The position numbers and the translations under genes were made by a program. Source: Desulfohalobiaceae bacterium (GTDB taxonomy: Bacteria; Desulfobacterota; Desulfovibrionia; Desulfovibrionales; Desulfothermaceae). Taken from it: a stretch of 24,000 nt of DNA. Under the pieces are notes generated by a model, which saw only the letters and a program-made list of their open reading frames with translations, had not been told where the DNA came from and did not search any database. This document shows, in pieces, positions 23,701 through 24,000 of the stretch (positions within the stretch are counted from its first letter, which is position 1; each line of letters starts with the position of its first letter). Where the stretch lies: the NCBI GenBank assembly GCA_021737085.1, contig JAIPEP010000009.1, positions 16,333-40,332 on the forward strand. Direction: 5' to 3'.

Positions 23701-24000
23701 ATGAATCAAGCGCAATGCCAGGTTCTGGCCACCTATCAGTGGCTCGGCGACCAGTTGGACTCCGGTGCGGTGACCCATCCCCGCTGCAGGCGGATCGGGC
23801 GGGATATACAGGAGATCCTCCGGGACATCATAGACAGCCGGGCAGGGGAAGAGCACATGGACAGCCTGCGCTCCATGGCCCGGGAGCTGGCCGAGAAGGG
23901 CGAGGACGCGGAGTGCGTGAATCTGGGAAAGACCCTCTCCCAGCGGTTTGAGAACCATCTGGAGGAATTCCTGGGGCACATCAGGAGCCGGAACTGTCCC
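23701..24000 (+). CDS. N-terminal part of a protein with a NuoF-C-terminal-like helical Fe-S-binding-region domain (continues past window end)
   Basis: Open frame from ATG 23701 to the window end (100 codons), 19 nt after the ferredoxin stop. HPRCRRIGRDIQEILRDIIDSRAGEEHMDSLRSMARELAEKGEDAECVNLGKTLSQRFENHLEEFLGHI follows the pattern of the NuoF N3-cluster domain (C..C..G....IL..I..G.G...D...L..L......C.LG.........F..EF..HI) but keeps only some of the Cys ligands. Confidence 0.45.
   Translation, partial: MNQAQCQVLATYQWLGDQLDSGAVTHPRCRRIGRDIQEILRDIIDSRAGEEHMDSLRSMARELAEKGEDAECVNLGKTLSQRFENHLEEFLGHIRSRNCP

Noticed and set aside
1-24000. CRISPR arrays, rRNA genes, IS elements, integrases, toxin-antitoxin pairs or known defence systems.
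   Set aside because: No spaced direct-repeat array, rRNA-like sequence or recombinase/transposase motifs were seen in any frame.

Overview
GC-rich bacterial chromosomal window. The gene content (sigma-54 activator, TSUP permeases, Tat-less molybdopterin enzyme, many Fe-S proteins) suggests an anaerobe, possibly a Desulfobacterota/deltaproteobacterium, but the taxon is a guess. All homology statements come from reading motifs by eye and comparing with remembered reference sequences, not from database searches. Left to right: (1) the 3-prime end of a ferredoxin-domain gene. (2) A minus-strand CDF metal exporter plus an AhpD-like gene. (3) A three-gene damage-tolerance module behind a perfect 10-8-10 palindrome: a CI/LexA-type S24 repressor, a UmuD-like protein with a degenerate catalytic dyad, and UmuC. 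(4) A five-gene family-5 (Dpp/Opp/Nik-type) ABC importer whose intercistronic gaps carry two copies of a 200-255 nt structured repeat. (5) A visibly lower-GC patchwork (about 11.2-14.9 kb) holding a solitary molybdenum-storage-protein-like gene, a 68-aa ORF, a PadR regulator, a bacterial TiaS-kinase-domain-like protein and a frameshifted fragment of a second family-5 binding-protein gene. (6) An ArsR regulator plus a TSUP permease. (7) The most interesting locus. It starts with an NtrC-type sigma-54 activator whose receiver domain has Glu in place of the phospho-acceptor Asp, followed by two TGTYCC-N4-GGAACA sites and a near-consensus -24/-12 promoter. Downstream lie a TSUP permease fused to a periplasmic domain of about 230 aa, two small membrane proteins, a cytoplasmic (no Tat leader) PsrA/acetylene-hydratase-like Mo/W enzyme, a four-cluster ferredoxin and a NuoF-C-terminal-like protein cut by the window end. 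No rRNA, tRNA, CRISPR array, transposase or integrase was recognised.
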